From positions 186,001 to 250,000 of the forward strand of contig OZ245843.1 of NCBI GenBank assembly GCA_965228875.1: a stretch of 64,000 nucleotides of DNA. The letters are read 5' to 3'. Positions 37,313 through 46,049 of this stretch are shown here, piece by piece. The translations under genes were made by a program, and so were the position numbers. The notes beneath the pieces are model-generated. The model worked only from the letters and a program-made list of their open reading frames with translations, was not told where the DNA came from and searched no databases. The DNA comes from Thalassobaculaceae bacterium (GTDB lineage: Bacteria > Pseudomonadota > Alphaproteobacteria > Thalassobaculales > Thalassobaculaceae). Within the stretch, counting starts at the first letter, position 1; every line of letters begins with the position of its first letter.

Positions 37313-39271
37313 ATGACCGGCCCCGTCACCGCCGCGGACCGCAACGCCGAGCTTTCCAGACGTTTTCAGCACGCGGTGCAGCTGCACGCATCCGGGCAGG
37401 TCCTTCCCGCCGCTCAGATCTACGAGCAGCTTCTCAAGGATCTCCCGACCCATCCCGATGTGCTGGACCTATACGGCACGGCCCTGTTCCAACTCGGTGC
37501 GCCGGATGCCGGTCGGCCCTATGTCGCGGCCTCCCTGCAGCGTCGGCCGATCTGGGGGTCGGCATGGAATCATCTCGGCGCGATCGACCGCGGCCTGAAG
37601 AACGATCCGGCGGCCGAGATGGCCTTCCGTCGCTCGATCGTGATCGACCCGGACAAGTCGGAGGCGCTGGTCAATCTGGCGGCGATCCATGGCGACAGAG
37701 AGGAGACCGAGTCCGGGCTGACGCTGAACCGGCTTGCCTTCCTGGTGACGCCCGACTCGCCGGACGCGGTTCTTCGCCAGGGTGTGCTGTTGCGGCGCGC
37801 CGGGCGCCCGGCCGACGCCCTGCCGTTTCTCGAGGCGGCGTGGCGGCGACAGCCGGGAAATGTCGAGATCGCGCTGAACCTCGCCAGGGCCAATGTCGAC
37901 CTCGGCCATCTGGCCAAGGCCCGGCGCGCGGTGATGATCGGTCTCGCCATGACGCCGGAGACCCATGAGCTCTACGGCTCTCTGGCCACGTCGCACGATC
38001 CGCGCTGGTCGACGGACCGGGACGTCGCGTGGGCACGCTACGCGACGAAGCTGCGGCCGCTGGATTCGCGGAACTGGGTGAATCTCTGCGCAGAGACCTA
38101 TCGCGATGGCCGCATCGACGCCGCCTACGAGGCTTCGCGCCGCACCCTTCTGCTCGATCCCGCCTCCGACATCGGCATGCGCAACCTGGCCGCGGCGGCG
38201 ATCAACCGCCACGAGCTGGCCTACAGCCGCGCGATCTCCCGTCGCGTCCTGGTCCTGTTGCCGGACAATCCGGACGCCATGTACACCATGGCCGAAGTGG
38301 AGTTCCGGATCGGCGATGCGGCCATCGGCTGGACGATGCACGAGGCACGGGTTCGCCGCGACCTCCACCGACCGCGCCTGAACCTGCCGGAGCCGTGGCG
38401 TGGACCAGGGACGGAGACCGGCGCGGTCCTGATCGCCTCCGAGCAGGGGGTCGGGGACGAGGTCACCTTCCTGTCCTGTCTGGCCGAGATCTTCGCGCGG
38501 ATCACCCGGCCCGTCGTGGTCGAGGTGGACAAGAGGCTGGTGAGCCTGATCGCGCGGACCTTTCCGCAGGCGACAGTTGTCCCGCGGCAGTTCGTGCCGG
38601 GCGACGGGCTCGGCCAGTTCTTCGACTACGAGTCGCTGATCGCCGAGCACGGCATCCGCCATTTCGCCTATTCCGGCAGCCTGCCGCGCCTGCTGGGCCG
38701 CGATCGCGATGCGCCGCTGCAGCGCGTCGGCTATCTGGCGACGGATCCGCACCGTGTGGCCCACTGGCGGGACTGGCTGGAGAGCCTCGGTTCCGCACGC
38801 AAGGTCGGCGTGGTCTGGCGCACGGCACAATTGACGCGGTTCCGGGCGCGAAGTCATTGCACCATCGAGGACCTGTTCCCGGTCTTCGCCACGCCGGGCT
38901 GCGCGTTCATCAACCTGATGGTGGGGAACAACGAGGACGAACGTAAAGCGGTTCGCGATGCGACCGGGGTGGACCTGATCCATCCGCCCGAACTGGACAT
39001 CTGGAATGGACTGGACGATCTGGCGGCACTGATGCGGTCTCTCGACGTGGTCGTCGCCGCGCGTACGGCAAACTGCGCCTTCGCCGGCGCCGTCGGGATT
39101 CCGACGATCCGCCTGGCGCAAAGCTTCCTGTATCTCTCCGACAAGCGCGGATTCTTTTTCCCGAACGTCTATCCGGTGTTCGATCGTCACGAACGGTTCG
39201 ACGGCCCCGAAGCCGGGCGCCGGGCGGCCGCGATGCTGGCGCGGCTCATCGGAGCCGCCGGCGGCGCATGA
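37313..39271 (+). CDS. TPR + GT-B glycosyltransferase, FlmG-like (paralogue 3)
   Basis: Many TPRs; GW..HEAR, EQGVGDEVTF, VGVVWRT, LDVVVAART. Confidence 0.75.
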   Translation: MTGPVTAADRNAELSRRFQHAVQLHASGQVLPAAQIYEQLLKDLPTHPDVLDLYGTALFQLGAPDAGRPYVAASLQRRPIWGSAWNHLGAIDRGLKNDPAAEMAFRRSIVIDPDKSEALVNLAAIHGDREETESGLTLNRLAFLVTPDSPDAVLRQGVLLRRAGRPADALPFLEAAWRRQPGNVEIALNLARANVDLGHLAKARRAVMIGLAMTPETHELYGSLATSHDPRWSTDRDVAWARYATKLRPLDSRNWVNLCAETYRDGRIDAAYEASRRTLLLDPASDIGMRNLAAAAINRHELAYSRAISRRVLVLLPDNPDAMYTMAEVEFRIGDAAIGWTMHEARVRRDLHRPRLNLPEPWRGPGTETGAVLIASEQGVGDEVTFLSCLAEIFARITRPVVVEVDKRLVSLIARTFPQATVVPRQFVPGDGLGQFFDYESLIAEHGIRHFAYSGSLPRLLGRDRDAPLQRVGYLATDPHRVAHWRDWLESLGSARKVGVVWRTAQLTRFRARSHCTIEDLFPVFATPGCAFINLMVGNNEDERKAVRDATGVDLIHPPELDIWNGLDDLAALMRSLDVVVAARTANCAFAGAVGIPTIRLAQSFLYLSDKRGFFFPNVYPVFDRHERFDGPEAGRRAAAMLARLIGAAGGA

Positions 39272-41193
39272 GGGCGCCGCCGCTCGACCCGACAGCCCAG
39301 GCGGCCGTCCGCCGTGGTGCCGCCGCGCGCCAGGAGGGGAGGCCGGAAGCGGCCCAAGCCTGGTTCCGCCTTGCCGCCTGCGCGGCCCCGGCCGATCGCC
39401 GGGTGGTGCCGCTGGTCCTGTCCGGCGACGCCGGAGCCCAGATCCACTGGAGCCGACGCGTCCTGTGCCTGGATCCGCTTCTCGTGCCCATCCTGGAACT
39501 TCGCGGGCGGGCGCTTGCCGAGGCCGGCGAAGGGGCGGCGGCCCTGGCCTTGTTCCATCGCGCGTTCCTGGCAGACCCCGGGCACTGCCTCGACGCGGCC
39601 TTCGCTCTGTCGGACGCGCTGGCGCGGTCCGGCCGGGCGGCGGGCGCCTATCCGCTCGCCTGGCGGGTTGCGACCGCATTGCCCGAGAACCCGACCGTCC
39701 AGGTGCGGCTGGCGGCGGTGGCCGGTCAGACGGGCCGCGTCGATGTCGCCGCATCGGCGTTCCTGTCGGCCGTCCGACTGCTTCCCGCGGTCACCGACCT
39801 GTCCGTGTCGGCCGTGGCGGCGTTGCGGCGGGCCGGGCGCCATGACGCGGCGTGGCGGGTTGCCAGGCAGGCCGCCTTGCTCGCGCCGGGCGCTCCCGCG
39901 GCGACGCTCGCGCTGACCGACGGCATCGATCGCCCGGCGAGGGTCGCCGGACCGCGGGTCTGGTCCGCCCGATCGGCTGCCGCCGATCCTCGCCGGTCTT
40001 CCGCCTGGGATGCTCTCGCCCGCGCCGCCCGGGGCGATGGCGACATGGCTGCCAGCCTGAAGGCGGCGCGCCGGGGGCTGCTCCTCCAGCCGGGCGATCT
40101 CGGCGCGGCTCGCGCGCTGGCGCAGGCCGCTTCGACCCTGGCCCGGCACGATCTGGCGCGTCGGGTCGCGCGAACGGGCCGCATGGCACATCCGGGGGAC
40201 GGCGAACTTGCCTACCAGCTTGCCCAGGCGGAGAAGGCGGTCGGCGACCTGGCCTTGGGATGGGATCTCGACGCGCTGCGGGTCGGCGGTCCGCGGTTCC
40301 ACCGTACCCGAGGGCTGCCGCCGAGGGTTGGAGCCGGGCCACTGCCGGCCAGCGGGCTTCTGGTGGCGGCCGAGCAGGGGATCGGCGATGAACTGCTGTT
40401 TCTTTCCTGTCTGCCGGAGCTTCTTGCCGAGTGTCCGGATCCGGTGGTGGAAGCCGATGCCCGGTTTCACCCGCTGCTGGGACGATCCTTCCCCGGTCTG
40501 CGCCTCATAGATCGCCAGATCCGGGCGGATGGGGCCGGCGCGGTCTACGACTATGTAAGCGCGGTGCCGGCGCTGGGTCTCACCGCCCATCTTCACGCGG
40601 GCGACCTGCCGGGCAGATACCGTCGTGATCGTCGCCGGCCCGCCGCCCGACCGGGCTACCTGCGCGCCGACCCCGATCGTGTGGAACACTGGCGTGGCCG
40701 GCTCGCGGCTCTGCCCGGGGAGGGGCGGACGGTGGGCCTGTGCTGGCGCAGCATGCTGGGGAGCGGGGTCCGCTCGCTCTACTACGCCGATCTTGCCGAG
40801 ATGCTGGCGATCCTGCGGGTGCCGGGCTACCGCTTCGTCTGTCTTCAGTATGACGACTGCGCCGACGAGCTCGACGCGCTGTACTGGCGTCACGGCGTGC
40901 GGATCTGGCGGCCGGAGGACCTGGATCAGCGCGAGGACCTCGACGGGGTGGCGGCGCTGATCGCCGCCCTCGACCTGGTCGTGTCTGCCGCCACCAGCGT
41001 CTGCGTCCTGTCCGCCGCCCTCGGCCGTCCGACGATCCGGCTCGCGCCGTCCTTCTACAGCATCCTCGACGACGCGGATCTGTTCTTCCCCAGCCTCACT
41101 CCGGTACTCCGGCGTGACGAACCGGTGGATGTCTCGGTCGCGATCGCGCGGGCGGCGGCCGTCCTGGCCGACGGCTCCGACGGGGTGGTCTGA
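39268..41193 (+). CDS. TPR + GT-B glycosyltransferase, FlmG-like (paralogue 4)
   Basis: Degenerate TPRs; EQGIGDELLF, VGLCWRS, CLQYD, LDLVVSAAT; ATGA overlap with paralogue 3. Confidence 0.72.
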   Translation: MRAPPLDPTAQAAVRRGAAARQEGRPEAAQAWFRLAACAAPADRRVVPLVLSGDAGAQIHWSRRVLCLDPLLVPILELRGRALAEAGEGAAALALFHRAFLADPGHCLDAAFALSDALARSGRAAGAYPLAWRVATALPENPTVQVRLAAVAGQTGRVDVAASAFLSAVRLLPAVTDLSVSAVAALRRAGRHDAAWRVARQAALLAPGAPAATLALTDGIDRPARVAGPRVWSARSAAADPRRSSAWDALARAARGDGDMAASLKAARRGLLLQPGDLGAARALAQAASTLARHDLARRVARTGRMAHPGDGELAYQLAQAEKAVGDLALGWDLDALRVGGPRFHRTRGLPPRVGAGPLPASGLLVAAEQGIGDELLFLSCLPELLAECPDPVVEADARFHPLLGRSFPGLRLIDRQIRADGAGAVYDYVSAVPALGLTAHLHAGDLPGRYRRDRRRPAARPGYLRADPDRVEHWRGRLAALPGEGRTVGLCWRSMLGSGVRSLYYADLAEMLAILRVPGYRFVCLQYDDCADELDALYWRHGVRIWRPEDLDQREDLDGVAALIAALDLVVSAATSVCVLSAALGRPTIRLAPSFYSILDDADLFFPSLTPVLRRDEPVDVSVAIARAAAVLADGSDGVV

Positions 41194-41203
41194 ACGTCCC
41201 GAC

Positions 41204-41242
41204 CGGGACGAAATTTCCCGATCCGCCGGTGAAATTCTGCCG
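41204..41242. promoter_or_regulatory. Degenerate paired ftr-like sites upstream of flagellin 3
   Basis: CGGGACGAAATTTCCCG and CGGTGAAATTCTGCCG about 90-125 bp before the sigma54 box, with an AT-rich (IHF-like) tract between. Confidence 0.45.
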
Positions 41243-41327
41243 CCGATCCCGGTTTTCTCCAACGCGCCGGGATGGCGGAAATTGGTAAATATCGGAAAAT
41301 AAACGAAAAAACTGTTTCGGCACGTTC

Positions 41328-41343
41328 TGGCCCGCCGTTTGCG
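41328..41343 (+). promoter_or_regulatory. Sigma54 promoter of flagellin 3-flaF2
   Basis: TGGCCC-GCCGT-TTGCG. Confidence 0.75.
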
Positions 41344-41441
41344 GAGATGGGCACGGAAGGACCCATCTCGACGAGCGTCGGGAGCCATGGCGGGGAGCCA
41401 GGGATCAGGGGTCAGCAGAACGTTGACGAAGGAACAGAACG

Positions 41442-42269
41442 ATGGCTAGCAACTCTATCCTCACCAACCCGGAGGCCCTGGTCGCGCTTCGCAACCTTGA
41501 GCGGACCAACAACCTCCTGGCGACGACGCAGAACCGGGTCTCGACGGGCCTCAAGGTCACCGGCGCGATCGACGACGCTTCGAACTTCGCGATCGCCCAG
41601 GGCATTCGCGGCGACATCAAGGCGCTCGGCGCGATCAGCCAGGGCCTGAACAACTCCAAGGGTATCGCCAAGGTCGCGATCGCCGGTGCCACCAGCATCT
41701 CCGATCTGCTGCAGACGGTGCGTCAGAAGCTGACCGAGCTTTCGAACGAAGGCATCACGACGACACAGCGTCAGATCCTGACCAACGATTTCGCCGAACT
41801 GCTCTCGCAGGCGGCCAACTTCATCGACAACGCGGTGTTCAACGGCGTCAACCTGCTCGACACCACGGGCGCGTCGCCGGACATCAACACCCTGTCGAAC
41901 CTGTCGGGCGGCACGCTGAGCCTGACCGGTCAGGACCTGCGGACCCAGTCCCTCTCGCTGGCCGCGGTGAGCCTGGGAACGGCTTCGTCGGCGCAGGCGG
42001 TCATCGCCAACCAGTATTCCGATCTGGAATCGGTGGTGAACACGGCGCTCGGTTCGCTCGGTGCGGAAGCCCGCGCGCTGGATCTGCAGACCGAATTCCT
42101 GGACCAGATCACCGACGCGACCGAGGAAGGTCTCGGCAACATCGTCGACGCCGACATGGCCCGCGAGAGCGCGCGTCTCACCGCGCTGCAGGTCCGCCAG
42201 CAGCTGGGTGTCCAGGTTCTCGGCATCGCCAACCAGGCGCCGCAGATCCTGCTGGGTCTGTTCCAGTAA
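41442..42269 (+). CDS. fliC: Flagellin 3 (275 aa, most divergent copy)
   Basis: SILTN, RVSTGLKV, FNGVNLL, GNIVDADMARESARL.ALQVRQQLG. Confidence 0.97.
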   Translation: MASNSILTNPEALVALRNLERTNNLLATTQNRVSTGLKVTGAIDDASNFAIAQGIRGDIKALGAISQGLNNSKGIAKVAIAGATSISDLLQTVRQKLTELSNEGITTTQRQILTNDFAELLSQAANFIDNAVFNGVNLLDTTGASPDINTLSNLSGGTLSLTGQDLRTQSLSLAAVSLGTASSAQAVIANQYSDLESVVNTALGSLGAEARALDLQTEFLDQITDATEEGLGNIVDADMARESARLTALQVRQQLGVQVLGIANQAPQILLGLFQ

Positions 42270-42270
42270 C

Positions 42271-42293
42271 CGGTGCCGGACCGTCCGGCACCG
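42271..42293 (+). other. Inverted repeat between flagellin 3 and flaF2 (stabilising/attenuating hairpin)
   Basis: CGGTGCCGGA-CCG-TCCGGCACCG, no U tract. Confidence 0.5.
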
Positions 42294-42356
42294 TCGGGTC
42301 GATAACGGCCGCCGCCTGACGCGGACAGCCGACCGACTGAGACGGAGGAATAGGGA

Positions 42357-42734
42357 ATGCGGGGATACGGTGCATATAAGAGCGCTCAAGGAGCGACCGC
42401 GACCCAGAACGGGCGCGACCTGGAGTATCGCCTCCTGGCCCAGGTCACCGGCGGGCTCATCAAGGCACGCGACGGCAGAGCCTCGATCCAGGAGAAATAC
42501 AACTGGATCCTTCAGAACGAGAAGGTCTGGGGTGTGTTCCTTGCCGATGTGAACGACCCCGACAACGCCCTGCCGCGGCAGCTCAGGGGCGGGATCGCCA
42601 GCCTGGCGCTCTGGGTCATGAAGGAAACCAAGCTGGTGATGTCGGACGACGACGCGCCGCTTGACGATCTGATCGAGATCAACCGCCAGATCATGGCGGG
42701 ACTGAAACCCGAGCCGCAGACGCTGGCGGGATGA
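42357..42734 (+). CDS. flaF: FlaF paralogue 2
   Basis: RDLEYRLL..VT, N..VW, PDNALP.QLR..I.SLALWV, LIEINRQIMAGL. Confidence 0.9.
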   Translation: MRGYGAYKSAQGATATQNGRDLEYRLLAQVTGGLIKARDGRASIQEKYNWILQNEKVWGVFLADVNDPDNALPRQLRGGIASLALWVMKETKLVMSDDDAPLDDLIEINRQIMAGLKPEPQTLAG

Positions 42735-42755
42735 CCGCGTCGGTTGACGCGGTAA

Positions 42756-42771
42756 CGGCACGCATCTTGCT
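42756..42771 (+). promoter_or_regulatory. Sigma54 promoter of flgK-flgL
   Basis: CGGCAC-GCATC-TTGCT. Confidence 0.75.
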
Positions 42772-42804
42772 TGCCTTCGCTGGAGTCAACCTTGAGGACC
42801 TGTC

Positions 42805-44238
42805 ATGAGCCTCCTGACCGCCCTGTCCACCGCGACCAGCGGCCTGAATGCCGCCCAGGCGGGAATCGATATCGCGTCGCGTAACATCACCAACGCGAAT
42901 GTCGAGGGATACACCAAGAAGACACAGACTCAGGCCACCCGTCTCGTCGACGGCCAGAGCAGCTCCGTCCGTCTGGAGGCGGTGACCCGCGAGGTCAACG
43001 TCCAGCTTCAGACCGACGTCCGCGAGCAGAGCTCGGTGGTCGAGGAACTGACCATCATCGAGGATTTCCTGGGGCGCCTGGAGCTTGAGTTCGGCCGCCC
43101 GGAAGACAGTTCCTCGATCTCGGCAAAGATTACCGACCTGAAAGAGACATTCCAGGTGCTGGCGACGAACCCGGACTCGGCCACCGCCCAGTCCGATGTC
43201 CTGCGCGCCGCCCAGGAAGTCGCCGAAGCGTTCCAGACCCTGTCGGATGCGATCCAGACCCTTCGGGCGGAGGCCGACACCCGCATCGAGGAGTCGGTCG
43301 AGAACGTCAACGAGGCGCTGTCCAACATCGAGGCGCTGAACGCCGAGATCGGCGCGCGCAGCGTGGTCGGCGAGGCCACCGCGGATCTCGAGGACGAGCG
43401 CGACCGATGGGTCGCCAAGCTGTCCGAAGAGATGGACATCCGCACTTTCAGGCGCGACAACGGAACGGTCGCCATCCTGACCGGGGCGAGCGATTTCCTG
43501 CTGGACCAGAGCGCGGCGACCCTGAGTTTCACGCCGACCAACACGGTCGCGCCGGATACGGCCCTGAACAACGTGCTCCTGGATGACGGGTTCAACGCGC
43601 CGTTCTCGATCACCGGCAACATCAACGACGGCAAGCTCGGCGGGCTGATCCAGCTGCGCGACACCATTCTGCCGCTGGCCCAGGACCAGCTCGACTCGCT
43701 TGCCTTCGAACTCGCCCAGCAGTTCGACACGATCACCGTGGGCGGCAACACCGCGAACATCGACCTGTTCGTCGATGCGGGTAGCGCCATCCCGGGCACC
43801 GATCAGGGCTTCTCCGCCGAGATCCAGGTCAACGCCACGGTCACGGCCACCCCGTCGATCCTGCGGGACGGCAACGGCGGCACCTTCGCCTCGAGCGGCG
43901 TCAGCGACGGCTCGCTGCCGCTGGCGATCATCGACATGTTCGACACCGCCCAGACGTTCGTGGCGGTGACCGGCCTGAACAATACCGCGACCCTCGAGAA
44001 CTTCGCCGCCGACCTGATCTCCTACCAGGCGAACCAGAAGGCCGACTACGAGAGCCAGCTCAGCTTCCAGGATCAGGTCCACACCCTGCTGGAGGAGCGC
44101 CTGCGCGACGAGAGCGGCGTCAATGTCGACGAGGAACTCGCCGGCCTCATTCAGTTGGAGAGCGCGTTCGCCGCGTCGGCCCGGGTGCTGACCTCGGTGC
44201 AGGACGCGCTCGACGAACTCTTGGCAGTCGTCCGCTAA
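42805..44238 (+). CDS. flgK: Hook-associated protein FlgK
   Basis: TA.SGL.AAQ..NI.NAN.EGY, DL.D.RD, G.LGGL..LRD, SGVN.DEE..LI..E.AF.ASARV. Confidence 0.93.
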   Translation: MSLLTALSTATSGLNAAQAGIDIASRNITNANVEGYTKKTQTQATRLVDGQSSSVRLEAVTREVNVQLQTDVREQSSVVEELTIIEDFLGRLELEFGRPEDSSSISAKITDLKETFQVLATNPDSATAQSDVLRAAQEVAEAFQTLSDAIQTLRAEADTRIEESVENVNEALSNIEALNAEIGARSVVGEATADLEDERDRWVAKLSEEMDIRTFRRDNGTVAILTGASDFLLDQSAATLSFTPTNTVAPDTALNNVLLDDGFNAPFSITGNINDGKLGGLIQLRDTILPLAQDQLDSLAFELAQQFDTITVGGNTANIDLFVDAGSAIPGTDQGFSAEIQVNATVTATPSILRDGNGGTFASSGVSDGSLPLAIIDMFDTAQTFVAVTGLNNTATLENFAADLISYQANQKADYESQLSFQDQVHTLLEERLRDESGVNVDEELAGLIQLESAFAASARVLTSVQDALDELLAVVR

Positions 44239-44257
44239 TCGCGGGGAGGTCTAGACC

Positions 44258-45244
44258 ATGCGTATCTCGACCCTGAGCCAGAACCTGCGGATCGACAACT
44301 CGATCACCTCGATCCAGCGTCGTATCGCCGACGCCCAGTTGCAGATATCGACCGGCAAGCGCAGTCAGGTCTACAGCGGCTTCGACGGACAGGACTCCCG
44401 TCTGCTGATCACGCTGAAAGAACAGCGCACGACGATGGATTCCTACATCGACTCCATCAACAACACCCGTGTGAAGACCCAGACGATCGACGCCGGGCTG
44501 CGGCAGATGACGACGATCGCCGAGGACATGCGCAAACAGCTCTACGAGCAGGTGGACGGGCTGTACGACCAGTCCTCGCTGGCGCTGTCGACCTTCGCGA
44601 CCGCGACCATCGACCAGTTCTCCAACCTGCTGAACCAGACCGTCGACGGCAAGTATCTGTTCAACGGCGCCGACACCGACACTCAGCCGATCATCGACCC
44701 GGCCACCACCCAGGGCGCCTATGCTCAGCCGGCGCTGTCGGGCGGCGCCGCCGGTGTGATCGCCGCCGCGGAGGCGTTCTTCGACGTCGACGGCAACTGG
44801 ACCAACGTGACCACCCCGGCGCCGACGAACCTCACCGTCCGCGTGGATCAGGGGGTCGACCTGACCTATGGCGAACTGGCCAACGACAGTTCGACCTTCG
44901 AAGAGGTGTTCGACGTCCTTTACGCCTTCTCGAACATCAACTTCACGGCCGGCGACGACGCCGAGTACCGCACCCTGGTGAACTGGGGCATCGGCAAGAT
45001 CGAGGCGGCGATCGATCTGATGAACGACATGGTCGGTCAGAACGGCGTCATCGGCGCCCAGATGGAAACCCGCATAGAGGCGCACAAGGAGTCGATCACG
45101 CTGCTGGAGACCCAGATCGGCGACATCGAGGATGTGGACCCCTACGAGGCGGTCAGCGAATTCCAGACCCTGCAGAGCCAGCTGGAGGCGTCGTATCAGA
45201 GCACGGCGGTCTTGCGGAACCTGAGCCTGACCCGGTTCATCTAA
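44258..45244 (+). CDS. flgL: Hook-associated protein FlgL
   Basis: MRIST, QISTGK, LN....GKYLFNG, IEDVD, QLEASYQ....L.NLSL..F; follows flgK. Confidence 0.9.
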   Translation: MRISTLSQNLRIDNSITSIQRRIADAQLQISTGKRSQVYSGFDGQDSRLLITLKEQRTTMDSYIDSINNTRVKTQTIDAGLRQMTTIAEDMRKQLYEQVDGLYDQSSLALSTFATATIDQFSNLLNQTVDGKYLFNGADTDTQPIIDPATTQGAYAQPALSGGAAGVIAAAEAFFDVDGNWTNVTTPAPTNLTVRVDQGVDLTYGELANDSSTFEEVFDVLYAFSNINFTAGDDAEYRTLVNWGIGKIEAAIDLMNDMVGQNGVIGAQMETRIEAHKESITLLETQIGDIEDVDPYEAVSEFQTLQSQLEASYQSTAVLRNLSLTRFI

Positions 45245-45303
45245 CGGCCCTCGACCCTTTCCGCCGGCCCCTCGCGTCGGACCGCGGCGTGGCGGCCGGC
45301 GGC

Positions 45304-45332
45304 TTGCGCGTTCCGGCACGGGATCTTATATG
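45304..45332 (+). promoter_or_regulatory. Candidate sigma70-type promoter of the FlaG-like gene
   Basis: TTGCGC-N17-TATATG, followed by an AT-rich patch containing TTAA. Confidence 0.35.
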
Positions 45333-45379
45333 GTATACACGTCTTAATATTATGCCTTTGCTCCAGAACGGAGGGGGCC

Positions 45380-45949
45380 GTGGATGTACGACTGACCACG
45401 GATATCGCCCGCGCGGCTTTCGAGCCGGCGCAGGGCCGTCGTGTGTCGTCGGCGTCGCCGGGAGCCACCGGTCCCGATGCGGCCGTCAATTCGCCCTCTG
45501 CCGCTTCCACTCCCGCCGCCGATGAGGCGAGCACCGGTTCGAGGAGCGCCGTCCCGGCGACCGCTTCCGGCCAGTTCTATGTCAGCCCGTATCTGACCTT
45601 CGACTCCCGCGCGCTGACCGTGATCTTCCAGGTGCGCGACAGCGAGTCCGGCGACGTGACGCGCCAGTTTCCGTCGGAATCCGTGGTCGAGCGGTACCGC
45701 CGCGATCCGTCGGCGCGTCCGTTCGGTGGGCCGGAGACGGCGCCCGAAGGCGGGGACGCGACGCAGGGACCGCCACCGCCGACCATTGGCGGACCGGTCG
45801 CCGCCGCCGCCAGCGAGGCGGAGGCTCGGGGAGAGGCACCTGCCGGTACATCCCAGTCGGGTGCCACGGGGGATGCCGCGGGAGCCGGCTCGAATGGCTC
45901 TGCTCCGGTCTCGACCGGGGCTCGGCCGTCGGTGGATCTGGTTGCCTGA
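45380..45949 (+). CDS. FlaG-like protein with disordered flanks
   Basis: VIFQVRDSESGDVTRQFPSE resembles the FlaG core motif; GGAGGGG RBS. Confidence 0.6.
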   Translation: MDVRLTTDIARAAFEPAQGRRVSSASPGATGPDAAVNSPSAASTPAADEASTGSRSAVPATASGQFYVSPYLTFDSRALTVIFQVRDSESGDVTRQFPSESVVERYRRDPSARPFGGPETAPEGGDATQGPPPPTIGGPVAAAASEAEARGEAPAGTSQSGATGDAAGAGSNGSAPVSTGARPSVDLVA

Positions 45950-46049
45950 CCCCCACGATTCCCTTCGGTGCGGCGCCATCTGACCGATCTTCGAATGTCT
46001 GCCCCATGGCCGCAACATGTGGTAGGTTGAGCCAAATTGTTGACCATCC

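Noticed and set aside
45314..45329. Sigma54-like CGGCAC upstream of the FlaG-like gene
   Set aside because: The -12 position reads CTTA with no GC; a sigma70-like arrangement fits better
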